Shown here: positions 29,017 through 45,720 of the stretch, one piece after another | How positions within the stretch are numbered: position 1 is the first letter of the stretch | Layout of the letters: the number at the start of each line of letters is the position of its first letter | Assembly (NCBI RefSeq): GCF_009914755.1 | Contig: NC_060937.1 | Source of the DNA: the human T2T-CHM13v2.0 reference genome, Homo sapiens | Strand: one strand, 5' to 3' | DNA: 64,000 bases | The notes under the pieces: model-generated | What the model saw: the letters and a program-made list of their open reading frames with translations, nothing else | What the model was told of the DNA's origin: nothing | Database searches by the model: none | Made by a program: the position numbers and the translations under genes

Positions 29017-29209
29017 CTGTGGGAGTTATGGCCCATAAGGGCAAGAACCTGGGAGAGTCAGTGCCAGCACCTGTAGGAGCTCACCCAATACCTGTGGAAC
29101 AAATGAATACATGAATGGAGGCTGTCTTCTCAAAGAGCCTGTTTTGAAATTTGAAATCTTACATAAAAATGGAAAGCCAAGGTCTAGGGTAAACCTTAAC
29201 ATTTCGTAG

Positions 29210-29630
<421 letters not shown>

Positions 29631-30426
29631 TGAACAAAAACACCTGTTCTACCTAATGAAGCATATGCTAAGATTCACAAAAATAAAGCAGAGAAGAAAA
29701 GCTACCACCTCCTAAACTCAAGCTAATCTTGTTCAGAAGGCACTTTTTCTAGGCCCCTTTGTGTTACCGTTGCAACTGTTCTTTAGTTACAGGAGCATTT
29801 AATCAAACAAACACCTAAGAACACCATGATTTTCTTATTTATATATAAAGGTATTATTCTACCCGGTGCCAATTTCTCTTGATCTGTGCTGGAAGAATGC
29901 CCAGGCAGATCTTCTCAAAACAGTAAACTCAAACAACAAAAAAAGAAGAAGACATAGTTTTAAAAGCCGAGTGCTGTATACTGCCTCTAACTTATGATAA
30001 ATCCCCAGTATATTTTGAATTTTTAAAGAGAAACCTTTACTTGTTTTGCTTCTGTAAACTTTCCTTTGTGCTAAAGGACTCAACTTTAGAATTTACAAAC
30101 TTAAATAAGAGTCTGAACTAAAGATGTATTTAGCTCTTGGATATGCTATTAAGTATTACTTGCCATAAAACAAATGTGCCATACTTCTGCCCCCGAATCC
30201 CGTAAAATATCTACTTTTAGGTATTTTATGACACAGTTAACAGTGAGCCTAAAAGTAAGTTTACGTACAAACTAAACCAAAGGTTTTTCATACCAATGTC
30301 TAAAAAGTTTAGATTCCAAATGTAGTCTATTTTCAATACAGTACAAACTTTTTCAAAGTTGGCTCCAAGAAAGAGATTTCTGTCCCTGTTTGAGGGACAT
30401 GAGTGCCCACTGTGGTCACCTGCCTC

Positions 30427-30559
30427 TGCCCTGCAACTTCCAGAAAGGCCTACAGAGCTCCCCATTCAGAGCTGAAAGTACATCTTTTATTAATTTTCAC
30501 CAAATATCATTAATGCTTAATGTTGCCTAGTGCTCACATGAACAACAACATGAACTCAT
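30427..30559 (+). repeat. 133-bp direct repeat, copy 2
   Basis: Matches copy 1 at an offset of 1543 bp. Confidence 0.92.
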
Positions 30560-30593
30560 GGCTTGATAACTGGTGGAATTATCAAGAAATTTA

Positions 30594-30912
30594 GGCCACG
30601 TGTGGTAGCTCATGCCTATAATCCTAGCACTCTCGGAGGCTGAAATAGGAGGATCCCTTGAGGCCAGGAGTTTGAGAATAGCTTGGAGAACATAGCAAAG
30701 CTCTGTCTCTACAAAAACTATTCTAAAAAATTAACCAGGTGTGGTGGAGTGCACCTGTAGTCCCAGTTATTCAGGAAGCTGAGGCAGGAGGATTGCTTCA
30801 ACCCAGGAGGTCAAGGCTGCAGTGAGCTGTGATCACGCCACTGCACTTCAGCCTGGGTATCAGTATGAGATCCTGTTTTTAAAAAAAAAAAAAAAAAAAA
30901 GGAAAGAAAACA
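30594..30912 (+). mobile_element. AluJ
   Basis: Diverged full Alu; TSD aagaaattta. Confidence 0.9.
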
Positions 30913-33900
30913 AAAGAAATTTAAAGCTTCCTGCAGGTAGGAAGAACCACACAAACTATATTCAGATAAGACTGAACAATTTTCTAACAGCAGAGAACTA
31001 GCTAATGCAACTGACATGGTGTTGAAATTGGGAATCAGTTACTTGCATTGTATCACTGTTTCTCAGGGTCATACACTCTCCCTACATTCCAAAGGCTGAC
31101 ACCAATAGTACCAAGTTCAAATCAAACCTATACTTGGTGGAGCTGCAGAAAGTGAGAGAAGGAGGGGACAGGACAGGATGTCTGGGCCATCCCGATGGTC
31201 CACTTGGTCTGTTCATTTGCTGAGCGGCCTTGTTCCGTGAGTGCCCTGTGGGCTTCCAGGACAACAGATGCACCATCTCTAGTGCCATTTGAAACTAAAT
31301 GAAAGAATGAGGAGGAAAAAAAAAAGGAAACTGGTATCTGCTGCCCAACTGATAAATGCGCAGCTCTGTACTGAGAATTGGCCAACCATTGCCTCGATTC
31401 TCGGACACCCTGGAAGTTGGCACCTGGCAAGTGGGCAGAGGAAGGCCTGCAGCAGGTTCCTACAGCCGGTCAGCACCAGAGACCAGGCTAGAACCCAGGT
31501 CTGTCTGGCGCCAACACCTCTACTCCTCTTCCCATTCAGGTAGCTCTGGGTCAGAGGGGCCCTGGTCCTAGCCTGTCACCTCCATCACTGGTTGTCTTTT
31601 TTTAATCACCTAAATTTAAATACCATTACAGAAGTTTACAAATTGCTTTATCCAGAGTGAAACACAAGGTGAATTCTAAAATTCAAATGAAATTTGGCAT
31701 AAGGTCTTTTACTGTAGCCTGAATCGGCAAAAGGTACAGTGAACTCAATGGTCGGATGGGGCAGGGGCTTCCTCTCCCTGCACCTCAGTAGCCACCTTCT
31801 CTCCCAGCCACTTTGTTGGTGAAGACGTCTGGGGCTTTTCTCCACACCTCAAGCTGGTGGCCAGGCTGGCATCCAGCTCTGACTCTGAACTCCCACCCAA
31901 CTAGGTCAGGGTTAGCCAGAGCCAGGCGCCAGATTCAGCAGGCTCCCACAGTTGGAGCCAAATACACGAGTCAGCTCCAAGTACCTCGCTGGTGAGGGGG
32001 TTGGTGAGGCTGTGGAGGAAGCTGGATGCCCAGTGTAGGAGAAGTGACACTAACTGAAGAGTGGCAGTGTCTTCTGGGCGTGTGGCTCTGGGAAGTCCCA
32101 AGTAAAGGGGGACAGGTGGAAAACACACACTGGAGAGAACAGGGAAATCTGAAATTTGTCTCCAAGAGAGTTGTGTCCACGCTGGGGCTGCAACTTGCTT
32201 TGCAATGACGTGCAGAATGCAAGCCAGGCAGCTCTGACGGGCCTCTTGGCCACCAAGTTGTCCTGCTCCTCACTGAAATGCCACATAGCCTGTACTTGGA
32301 CGGCCAAGATCACAAGAAATAATATCTTGGTCAACCTTAGTCGTCTCTGGCCGAGTGTCCTGTCTTTGGAGGAGCTCACAAAGCAGGCTTTGTGGGCTGG
32401 CATGTCCCATGACAGCATTTGCAAAAGATTTGTGATCACCCCAAGCACCGCTAGCCCCCGCGTGCTGGGCAACCAAGGAGAACCACGTTCTTCTGGAGCC
32501 CGAGACCCTCTCCTCCTCCACTCCCTCTGCTTGGGTCAGTTTGTCACCAGCTGTGGAAAGTCCTGTTTGCTTTTCATTTGTTCTAAAACATTTGCAAGTT
32601 CTGAGAAGGAACACGTGCTGACTTCTAGAGCTGGTCACTAAGTCCGTGGTTCTCCTTGCTGTGGCCTGTGGCATTTGAGACTCTGAGGGCATTTCTTACT
32701 CTCATTTTCGGGATCTTTCAGTCAACCCTCTTAGGAAGTCCTTGCCATCCCCAAACAAAAGCCAAGCCTTCTTAGGGGCTGGCAAATGAGATTTCCCCTC
32801 TCCTGTAGCACAACCCTTATCAGATTTCTGTCCGGAGAGCAGATATTTAAGACATCTGAACTTGGGCTGCACAACTGAAGTTTTTTTTTTGTTTTTTGCA
32901 AATCGAACTCTTTGCCATCCTTTGTCCTACTGCAAACCTTACGTGAACTCAGTGGCACAGCTGAGTGTGCTCTGTTCAATCCAAGGGCGTGTTATTTTAA
33001 TACACACACATCTGCAAGTGTAGATAAGAATACCCTGTCATCGGCAGGATCACATCTGCTAAGGCAAACCTAAAGGACCTTGGGCAAACGTTGTGAGGCC
33101 CAAGAAAGGTGCCGAGTGTCCACCGTCTGTCCCCAGCTGAGTCTACCCAGAGCCCAGCCGTGGTTCAAAAGCCCTGGAAGGGCTGCAGAGAGGAATGCAA
33201 ATCTGGCACAATCTGCCCTGAACTATTTCTCCCTGGAGAGGACACGGCAAGCTACTGGTTCAACCGGGCACCCCGGGTAGCTCTTGCCCGGTGCCTTTTC
33301 ACTGGGTACTCTGAGAGCTCCAAACCCACTAAGGATCCACCAATGCTGGAAAAGTGATCCCTCAATACCCCGGCTCCCTGTCACAGCCTGTCAAAAGCCA
33401 CAGACTTTAATGAGTCCTCTTGTTCTCAGACCCAAGGCCTCTTTCCACAGCCCTGCCCTTCTCTCCGCAGGCGGGGCCTGGCAGCAGGCAAGAACTCTCG
33501 CTCTCACACATCTTTCAATATTGGCTTTTTCTTCATTCCGCTGGGGAAAAGTATGTCCCTCAGGAGGGCAGAAGAGAAACAGATACAAGTGGTGCCACCA
33601 TGAAGGGTTTTCTACAAGAAACCTTTCAGGCAGCAGACAGCTCTCTCTAGATATCTCAACACAGAGCTTCGGCCAGACTCTGCTGTGGAAATGCTTCATC
33701 CTCAATTCAAGCTGGGTCTCTTTCCTTTGATGAAGCCTGTATATATTTTGATGTGTATGGCTCACTAATCCTTTTGAAAAATAACTTCTCTCAGGCTTCC
33801 TCCCTGGTGAGATAGTATGGAACTGAAACTTCTCATGGCCTATCCCGACATTCCAAACTCCACCTGAGGCGCCCCGCACAACAGGACACCACGGCCAGGG

Positions 33901-33942
33901 ATCTGACACCAGGAAACGGCTGCCCCTGTCATGAATGGATAA

Positions 33943-34236
<294 letters not shown>

Positions 34237-37224
34237 AGCATCCACTAGCTTTTCATCAGACCATGAAATGTTTGGTCCACGACTGCTCACTCTTTCCAGA
34301 GCTGCACTGGAAATACACTATTCTGAACGGCCCAAGTTCCTCCGGAGTATTCCTCTGATGGGGCACAAACCTGGTGGACCACAAGCATGCTGGTACCAAG
34401 TGCTTTTTATTTTTACAAGAGCCATTCTGCTCCTTCTGGTCGAACCGGTGCCCTGCTCCATGTTTCTGGGCTAACACAGGCAAAGTAACACTTCTCTACT
34501 AGAGGTCTCTGTCGTCGTCCTCCTACCAGACCCATTGTTCCTACTAGATCTGATCGTGGTTGTTCCCACTCAACATCCACTTTCACAGCATGGTCACCAA
34601 ACTGCTCAGAGCTCTTTGGCGGATCCATAATCATGGAATGTCCCTGACTTCCTGTTTAGGGCTGGAAACCTCACAGAGGGTAGCATCTTAGTGCAAGCTC
34701 TTCAGACCCCCAAGGCAAAAAATGTGGCCTGGAGAACCTGCCTCTTGCCCAGGATCACATGAGTCCATGGCTGAGCCTGTGGGGTGAAGGTCTCTCTAAC
34801 TCCACGCCGTGACTGCTGAGGGGCCAGTGCATCCAGGAACTGCCATGCAGCAAGTGTGATAAGTCCCCAGGAGGACTCCCGAGGCCAGGCAGGAGGGGAC
34901 ATGTCTGGGTTCTCAGGCTCCAAGGTACTTCAAGCTCTGTTAAGAGTCCAGGATTCCTACACCGTGCTTCCTCTCTGCTTTTCTACATTTATTTCTCAGT
35001 GCCTTCATAACTGCCTCCCCGTTTTGAGATCTATTCCATGTTACCCCTCTTCATGCCCAGACAATACATAAACACATGCGGAGAACACACTTTCAATGGC
35101 TGGCAGAGCCTCCTCCTTCATAGGCCTTTTTCACACCTGGAAACAAGTCTTAATTTCCTCACGTGGCTGCTTCACTAAACAATCAAGACATGTCTCCTTA
35201 CCTGATTGATTTTCCCTCTCCAGCAAGGTGATGAGTGCTATAAAGCAGAGAGACTATTCCTGGGCCCAACTGCGAAGTTTCACCCATGGAATATGTTGTT
35301 AATCTTAACGCCTGCTGAGGCAAATGAATAATATGCCAGTTTCTAGAGACTGAACAGTGTTAAGAAGGTGATTAAAAGCTACCCTCTACATTCCTGCAAG
35401 AGGTACCATACAAACGAAATCAGATTTCCCCAAAGAAGCAATGCCATGATGGGATTTTCAACAAGGCAATACACACACGGCTCAAAATTTCAAAAGCTAC
35501 CCAAAGTCACAGGGTAAACTGCAAGTGCCCTCTATCCCCTGAACCCCACATTCCCACCACCGCCAGAGCCTCCCGGAGAAGAGCCAGCCTTGGCTCACAT
35601 TTTACAGAAGTGATCTCAAGTTCTGAGTTTTAAAGAAAAATGTAAATGACATGTTTCTATGCTATTTAACAGAAATAGGATATTTCTAATGAACTGTTTA
35701 GCCTTCTAAGGGAGTTTATGAATTAATGAACCAGGCAACAGAGAAAAATAAAAATCACATACAACTGAGCTTAAGAACGTTCCATTCCCATGACATCCCG
35801 ACCCTGCCCCCACCCTCGCTTCTCTCCCTGTGAGAAGGTACAAGAAAACCATTTTGATCAAGGAATGTTCTGGGAGTTTTCACAGGCGTTTGCAGAAAAT
35901 ACAGAAGCTTGGGACCCCTTCAAAGCCTTCCGAGAGACCCATCTACTTTGCTCTCTTCTTTCTTACTTTCAATGTCCCTGTGCAAACCCCCGTGCTAGGC
36001 ATAAAGCTCTGAAGTAAACATAGGTCAGACACAGCCAAGGTTTCCCTGAATACTCGTGCCCAGCACCTTTGGGGTGACAGAGATGTGTGGGAGCCATGCT
36101 TCAGCACCCCGTTACCTTTAGCCAGCCACTTCTAAGACTTTTAAAGAACCAAATATAAGTCAGCTGCAAAGAGGCTTAAACACTACAGCATACAGCCAAG
36201 CATGCGCTGTCCCCTCTAAGTGGCATTCTGGTTTAAGGTCTTACGGGCAAGGGTCCCTGGAACTTCACCCCAGTGCTAGCTCTGGCAGCGCCATGCCTGC
36301 CCCTGAGGCACACCCCCAAGACAGGTTCATCTCCCACCTCATCTGCCCATTAATTAGAAAGCTCCTGACATCTGCCTCTTCCATTAAGAATTTCCTGAGG
36401 ATGACGAACAAGTAGCAACCTCTCCTTCGCCCATTTCACCACCCCCAGCCTTCTGGAGGAATCACTTTGCATGTTAATTTACACCTACTCCTTTAGCGGC
36501 AAAATACCAACACATTTATGTGCAACCTCAGGAATGGGATTTTTCTTCTCGGAGAAACCTCCCTGAAGGCTGGGGCTTAACCCTTTACACACCAATCCTA
36601 ATTGCAACTCATGTTTATTGCCCTCTCGTGCTAAGCCTGGCAAGGCGCTAAAAGCTTCAATCCTTAATATAACCTACAAGAGGGGAACTGTAAGTTTCTC
36701 CATTTTTCAAATGAGGAAACTGAGGCACAGAGTTGCATGTGGGTGTACAACACAGACCTCTTGAAATGAGGAGGGCTGCTTGCCGCTCGGCTAATTATCC
36801 CTGATGGCAGTAGTTACTGAGTTCTTCCCTCTCTTCCATGGGTGTTCTGTCCTTGTCCTCACTGCCAAGCCCTCAGCTATCACTCCTTGCCGGTGCCAGA
36901 AGCCCCGCCTCTGCTGCCAAATTCACACATCCTATCTGCAGACGGCTGTAAAGCGATAACCAAGCTGGGCCGAAATAAGTGTACAGGCTATGACTGGGTC
37001 GCCACACCCCTGCCGTCCCAAGGCCACTAACGTAAACGGACTCTGGGACAGCAGCCTCTTCAGTTCAGTTGAAAAGATCATTTTGAGCATCCACTTCCTA
37101 GCAGGCACTGCTCTTGGTACAGGAGGCACAAAGACACATGCATCCCAGACCCTCAGGGAGATGTGGTCTAATGGGCAGATCAGGTCTCCCTGCAGTTGTT
37201 CCAGGTTCCAGCAGTTTTGGAGGT

Positions 37225-37370
37225 GCTTGCTACTCCAAGTGACCCTGAGAGCTGGTTAGAAATGCAGTCTCTCAGACCCCCTCCCTGAGCTCCCAAATCA
37301 GAATGTGCATTTCAGGAGATCCCCAGGGGAGGATTTGTATGCACGTGTGGTCTAGACAGTTTAAAGATAC
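37225..37370. mobile_element. MER5A fragment
   Basis: gagctggttagaaatgcag...aatcagaatgtgcattt...gatccccagg. Confidence 0.6.
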
Positions 37371-38669
37371 CCACAGTTTGACCTTAGGATATGAAAGGCA
37401 CTATTACATTATGCCAAGTACTTAACTTGCACACTCACTGAGATACGTTCCTTCTATCCTTACTGCCCACTCCTACTGCCACTTCTGCCCAATCCATATG
37501 ACCTTACCTACCTACACGCTCTTTAGATAGCAATGAAGGAGTAACAGTCATAATGAACAGGACTGTTACAAAATGCACCCAATGTACACAACTACAATGG
37601 AAATGTTTCCTGCTTTGTGTGCTACATTTCCAGAAACAATACGCTCCAGTTAGTCTTATCCCCAGGTTTAACTTTTCAACTTTTTATTTTACACAGCTTG
37701 CATCTTTAGGTGCAGGTCCCTCATTAGGTCTAGACCTGGCAGCGATGTGGCCTTCAGGCCCCACCCCAGAACTGTAAAGGAGCCCACACCCGTGCCCGCA
37801 TGCACAGTAAAAGTGTGCCCCCACAGTTCTGTTCCTTCAAGGAAGTCTAGGAACAAGGGCAATTCCCAGAACTCAAATGTTTGAGTCACTGCTCATTTGG
37901 ATATGGGGCAGTATTGCTTGCTCCCACAAAGCATCCGTGTTGAGAAACCCATGCTTTCCCTCTGTCCCTGCTCCCAAGTACCTCCCCAGGGTGGAATCGT
38001 GCTTTCTTCCTTCACACAGCAGGACACTTTGCTGGAAAGAGACTCTTGCTGGGACCTCTGTGGGTCAAGGCCAGCAGCTCTTAGTAGACTTCAACTCTTC
38101 CAGCAACTCAAACTCTATGCAGGGTGACTCAGCAAGACCTCCCTTGCAGATGCTCCACACAGGACCACTCATGGGCAACCAGGAGCCGCAGGAAAGTGAC
38201 TTGGATTTGTGCAGAGAGCTTTCACCTCCCCTGGCCACTGCCCTACTCCAAATCACCCAAGAAACATGAGACGGCAATGCCCTCACCTTGACTCATCAGA
38301 CCACAGAGTCTTTCAGTAATTAGGCCTGAATCCCAGCACAAATTAGATCTGATAATTTTCTAAAATTCTAATTGTATCAAACTCTGAGACCAGCAAGACA
38401 GACATTCTTCCCAGTTCAATAAAATTACTCACAGAACTAATGAGTGCTCTTGCTTAATTTCTCCCAAGATTGCCCTCTGGAAAGAAAGCAATCTGAAAAA
38501 AGAAATGTCTTCCAACAAAAGTTAAAAAAACAAACAAACAAACAAAAAACCTAGCTGCTGAAACTGTGAGGTTATAGATTTGTGGGGGAAGTGTGGTACA
38601 CTTGCAATAACAGAGTCATCATTTATTTCAAACGTTAACATATATAACAGCATCAGATCAAGTTCATGA

Positions 38670-39071
<402 letters not shown>

Positions 39072-42000
39072 TGAATTTTTAAGAGTACTGTAAAGTAAGC
39101 ACTCTGAGTTCTCACAACAAATTTATTTTTATTGAGAAGCATAGTAAATAAAAGAAACTTCCCAAGAACAAGGACAGACATTTGCACATTGTTTCAATAA
39201 ATGAGGCCATTTATCTTGTTCTAGTTCTGTTATGTCATTGTACCTTTGTTAGGCAGAGTCAATTCCCTTGATTTACAATTGTTTTGTGAATTATATACAC
39301 AGACTTAAAGACATTTATTTTCTAAGAAAAAAAAAGAAAAAACATTCAAGCATTTCTTAAGCAAAAGTCCATCCAACCTTTTCAAGAAGAACTATTTAAT
39401 GGTATGGCTGCTATTGTTAATATAGTTTCAATACCGTTCGATATTAACCCATAAGATTTAGTCAAAAAATAACATTTCTATGAGTATCTTTTCTCACTCT
39501 TCTTCCCCAAAATCCTTAACTCTTTCAGACAGGTTCTTCGTCGCATCACGCTGAATAAAATAAACTCAAAGAAAATCAGAGCACTGAAATTAACAAATGT
39601 ATGGCCCATTTCTAAAAACTCACATACAGCCTGACCAGGCCACCTTTGGGACACCACTGTGTCAGGTTAACGAAGGACAGATACCCCAGTATGCAAAAGC
39701 AAACCACACTGGGGAATTCACACAGGTCTGCCCTGAAAACCTACTCACTTTCTTGGGCATCATCACAGAGAATAATGTCCCCTTCAGTCAGAAACTCCTA
39801 AATCACCACAAAAAGAAACCTTGACTCTTCAACTTTCTTTGCCCTAACTGGTCTGGATGGAGAATTGACTCCCATCCCCTAGTGCCAGCAGTGAACATGA
39901 AATTCAGGACAATGTGGTGGAGTTGCAGGTGAGGTGTGGCTCATATGTCTAAACCTAGTGTGTTTTGCAAACTCCAAGTTGCCACGAGGAATTTTTCTTG
40001 TAATGAAATAGAAAAGAATAAAAATTATCTCAGCGTATCACAGATAGTAAAAATGAGTACTGTTTCATAAAAATTTTCATTTTATCTATATATCAATATG
40101 TGTGCCTCTGTGTGTGTACTTGATTACAATGTAAATTTAGTTCTTATTGTAGACTGCGGTCAAAGAAGTTTAAAAGCCGCCATCCTCGGGAACACCCAGT
40201 GAGTACCAGTGTGTGCGGGTAACCAGTAGTCCCATCCCAAACAGCCCAGAGAAAGGCTTTCCCAGCACCGGGCTTCCAGAATCCTGTGCTAAGCTGACAG
40301 TACAGAAGAGGCAGCCAACAGGGCTCTGAATCCCAAGTGCCTGAAGGAGGAATGAAACAATCTCACCAGAGAGGAAAGGACAGCTGTGACAGTCACCCTC
40401 CCTGAACAAGACCACTGAGACCAGGGATGGACATCTTCCAAGCTAACCTACAGTGCAGGTAAGAATGGGAAGCTGCATTTTTAGATAACTATCCATTAGA
40501 AACCAGGACGACATATGAACAGTGTATCTTGGTAGCCTTGGATGCTCAAGGATGAGAAACCCTGGGCAAACCAGGCAAAAATTCTCAACCACAGGACAGG
40601 ACAAACTGGCCCAAAGGTTCCTTAGTTACAGAGTAAGTAAGAAGAAGCTGTAATTCTACCCCATCTGGGAACATTAGGAAAAAGACAACATCTGATACTC
40701 TGATTTCAGTAGAACTGGATTCTTCCAAAAATATAAATGTCAAAGTCACCCATTCACAGTATAATTTGTACCAAAGTGCAAAATGGGGTATGTATGTGTG
40801 CCAAAGAACAAAATCTACCAGAACTGAGCTGCTAGGGCAAAATTACAACAGAAACTTAAAATAATATATTGTCCCATCCACCTGCCAAAACATTAGCTCA
40901 AAGACATTCCTCCTTTAAATACAGTTTTACTAATTATAAGAATAGTCATTCAATAAATATTTCTTGAGCACTATTTTAGGTGCCACAAACACTGCAGTGA
41001 GAAAAACAAAGTCCAATTTTTCCAGTCTTTTCTTTCTGTGCAAATACATATATCTCATTAAGCTAACACGGAACATGGGAAATTGCACCCAGATGGTTTC
41101 ACTTTTAACATTAAAGTTTCTCCCACAAAATCAAATGTTCTTTGAAAACGCCATTCTTACTGGCTACATAGTATTCTAACATGGAAATGGTATCATGATT
41201 TACTGAAAGACACTCCCAAATGCTTACCACAAGATAAAAACACAAAGGAGAGACATCATTAAATAGAACGTTAGACCTAGATTCAGAGCCTTAAGGAAAA
41301 AGAAGAAAAAAAAGGAAAATACAATCTTACAAATCTCAGAGACCCCACTATTTTCCTCCACAGGGATGAATATTCACATCCACACCACTGGCCACATCAA
41401 GCTCTAATTTGTGCATCTCCCTTTATAAGCCCCACTCCCTCTTTGATCGAAGAGAACATTGTCTGCACAGAACAATACGTTTTCATTTCAATTTCCCTTC
41501 TTTTCAGGAAAGGAAATGTTTGCACTTCAAAGGGTTTCTTTGAAGAGTAGCCCTTCAGCTCTGGCCCGTCCAGGTTGGGCGTTACGTGGACTCAGCAGGG
41601 TGTGTGGAGTCTGGGCGGCTGCCCACCGAAGTCACTCTCAAGGCCAGCTCCTTCAAGGAGAGGGTCTGGGGCCGGAGTAGAAAAAACAAACACATGGAAA
41701 AATACTCAAGGCTTTTGATCATGACCTTCAGAGGCCCATTTTCACACATAACATAGACTTACAGCTCAGGGAAACTGAGGTACAAATGATGGGGAGCTGA
41801 GGACAATGACGTAGTAGCTTCTAAGAACAAAATCCTTCCAGAAACCAGACTCGCTTAGCAAAGACCCGTTCTGGGCCAGGAAAGGGGAGAGCCACTCTCA
41901 GTTCCAGCTGTTATGGCGAAGGGACCACCTAAGCGGACAAAGCAGGGAAGCGAGATCCAAACTTCACTACCTGCACCAGTTTTAAAACCTTTCCCTAGGA

Positions 42001-42774
42001 ACTTTTGAGAAGCACAGTCATTGGCAAACAGCAAACTTCACATGGTAAAATTTCACATTTTATTTCTTCCGTAGCCCACTGGTAGGGGCCAAGAGGCTCA
42101 TTAAAAGGCAAGTCTAACAACCACATGAAGCACCCGAGAGCTCACTGATATGGGGCCAGTGCTGTTTCCCTCAATCACGCTCCAGGCCCCATCCTTAACC
42201 TCTGCCAAGTCCAGGAAGCAAGGGGTATAGACCAGACAAGAGTGGGCCTGCAACATTTCTTTTCAAGTCTCAAACAAGTTCTGGATATTTATTAACGATC
42301 TCCACCCTTCCCCACCTGGAGGATATGCACCACAAAGGCACCACCAAGGCTGGTTAAGTCTGCCTGCTCGGTGGGCACCTGCCCAAGGGGTGGGCAGGAG
42401 CATGAAAGACCGTCAGCTCCAGACAGGGGCCGGCTCCTCCCACAGCCCCAGGACTTGGCTGCGGGGCTCCTGACTAGTGTGTGGGTGGTGGAGGGATCAC
42501 GAGTCTGTGTGGCCAGGTCACCAGAGCTGAAGGAGCTGAGAAAGTCTTTCCACCACCTTTCTGGTCGATCACTCAGCCTCTGAGCTGGAATTATGAATGG
42601 GTTTTATTTTCTCCTTCTTTTAATTTTCTGTAGTTTCCAAATTTTCCACAACAAACATTCTAACTTTTAGAAACACTTTTTCTTAAAAAGGCTTATGAGG
42701 TAGAAAATCACACCTCTTTTGAAAGAACCCCCACACTGCAAAACTCCTTCCCCAAAAATACTTAGCTATAAAGG

Positions 42775-43460
<686 letters not shown>

Positions 43461-44973
43461 AGAAAAGGGGAAAAGGAGAAGGGCAAAAGGGATGAGGGAA
43501 GAGTTCTCCTAACTCTAACTGCCAGTCTTTCCCAGGGGCCTTCACTGGGTCCCAGAAACTGCACCCTAACGCCCCCAGCTCCTAGACCAGGCCTCATCCC
43601 AAGGGAGGGCAGGAGGTGTCCCTGACACTGTGGAAAAGCTGCGGGCCAGGAAGACTCTCCCAAGTCACTTTGGGGAAGACGGGCCCTTGCTGCAGGCCCT
43701 GGTGTGGACAGCTCCTGCCCCAGCCTCTCTGAGAGTGTTAAAGATGCATCCTCTAAGGAAAGGGGGCACCTCCGCAAGATATTGTAGAAATCAGCAAAGC
43801 CAAGCCAAGGGCAGGATGACAGCGGCCACTGGCCTTAAGAAGGATGGAACACAGAAAAGGAAGCTGACTTTCCCCTACGAACAGTCTCTGATTTCCACAA
43901 GACCCCCTGCAAAGGGGTCTCCCCAGGTGGAGATGGAGGTGGAGTGTGGGCGTGGCTGGATGGTGATAAATCAAACAAGGCTCCATTGTGGTCTGGGCAG
44001 GAGGCATTGCATCCAGCCAAAGGCTGGTGATGTAAATGCCAAACTACTGACCCAGAAAGAATGCAGCCCAGCCTCCGTCACACACACCGGCTCCTGACAC
44101 TGGCCACGTCCCAGCGCAGCTGCCCCAAGGACCCCAGGGCTCCAGCTGTGCCAGGTGCCTGGACTTGGGAGGGGGAAGACCCACTTTCAGAGACAGCAGA
44201 GGGAAATCAGGGCAAAGAGAGGGGAGGCAGGGTGCCCTCCAGCGTTGGGGCGGGTGACCGGTGCCAGCACCACCTGGACTCAGCCAGAAACAGAGGGACG
44301 CAGGCAGATGGGCTTCAGATCTGTCTGCCTCCCACTCAGTGTACACAGGGCAGGCCAGGCCAGGCCTATCCCGAGACAGGCTGGAGTCCAGGTACAGGCA
44401 GACATCTGGGTTCCAATCTTCACTCTGCCACTGACTGCCTACCTGTGTGCCCGTGGGCCACCTGCCTTCCCCTCTCCCCATCAGTCACACCAGAAGGGCC
44501 GATCCCACTGGGTGGTTAGGAAGATTCAAATGAAACATAGATAAAGCGCAGAGTACATGGTGAGCACTAAATAAGTGCTTGCAATGATTGATCTTACCTA
44601 GCCCCAGGGCCCCTCCCTTCCTTCCTACTTGGCCTAACAGACTTTGGCTAATGGCACTCAGTAAGCAGACAAGATGCAGAGAAGGACACTTCGAACACGT
44701 CCATAACAGATCAACTCCAGCCACTTTGTGGGGAGGATGAGCCCCTGCCTTCTCACTGCTGCCCCCAGGTGGGTGTCGCCCACCACCCCTGTGCTGTATG
44801 GAGACATCCTATCCTACAGACCCAAGCACGGGATGAGTGAGGTGGGAAACACGGCCCAGAGTTTCAGCTTTTCAGCTTTGCTTTTTCTAAAACCCAAGGG
44901 CTTCGGAGTAATTTGAACAACATGTTTGGGATGACTGTAGCCAGGGCAGTCACTCCCGTCCTGCCCCCCACCA

Positions 44974-44986
44974 AACACACACACAT

Positions 44987-45017
<31 letters not shown>

Positions 45018-45038
45018 AACATACACATACCCACACAC
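44974..45038. repeat. (CACATA)n / CA-rich microsatellite
   Basis: Directly visible. Confidence 0.85.
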
Positions 45039-45427
45039 AGCAAACACTAAGAAAGGGGCTGAGAGCTCTGTTTCCCAGGAGTCCTAGAAGTCACTGAGCG
45101 CAAGGTGCATGGGTCTGAGTCCTAAGCAAACCTGCACCCCATGCTCAGGGAGACATCAGGATTCCAAAGAGAGATGGCTTCAAGTCCATCCAGGCAGTCA
45201 GAGCCAAAACAGCCCAGAGACTATTGTTCCTTCCCTCAGACCTGGGACCAGATGGGATGGTGAACCTGTCAGCAGATGCCTCAGAGGCCCGCATCCCTCC
45301 TCCAGCACCCTGGGACTATGTCTGCCCCTTCTAATTTAGAAACCCACCCAAGGAAAGAGCACAACATTTTAATGCCTTGGTAAAATGAGAGAGCGAAATT
45401 AAGTTGTTGTAAAAATTATTTTTCTCA

Positions 45428-45720
<293 letters not shown>

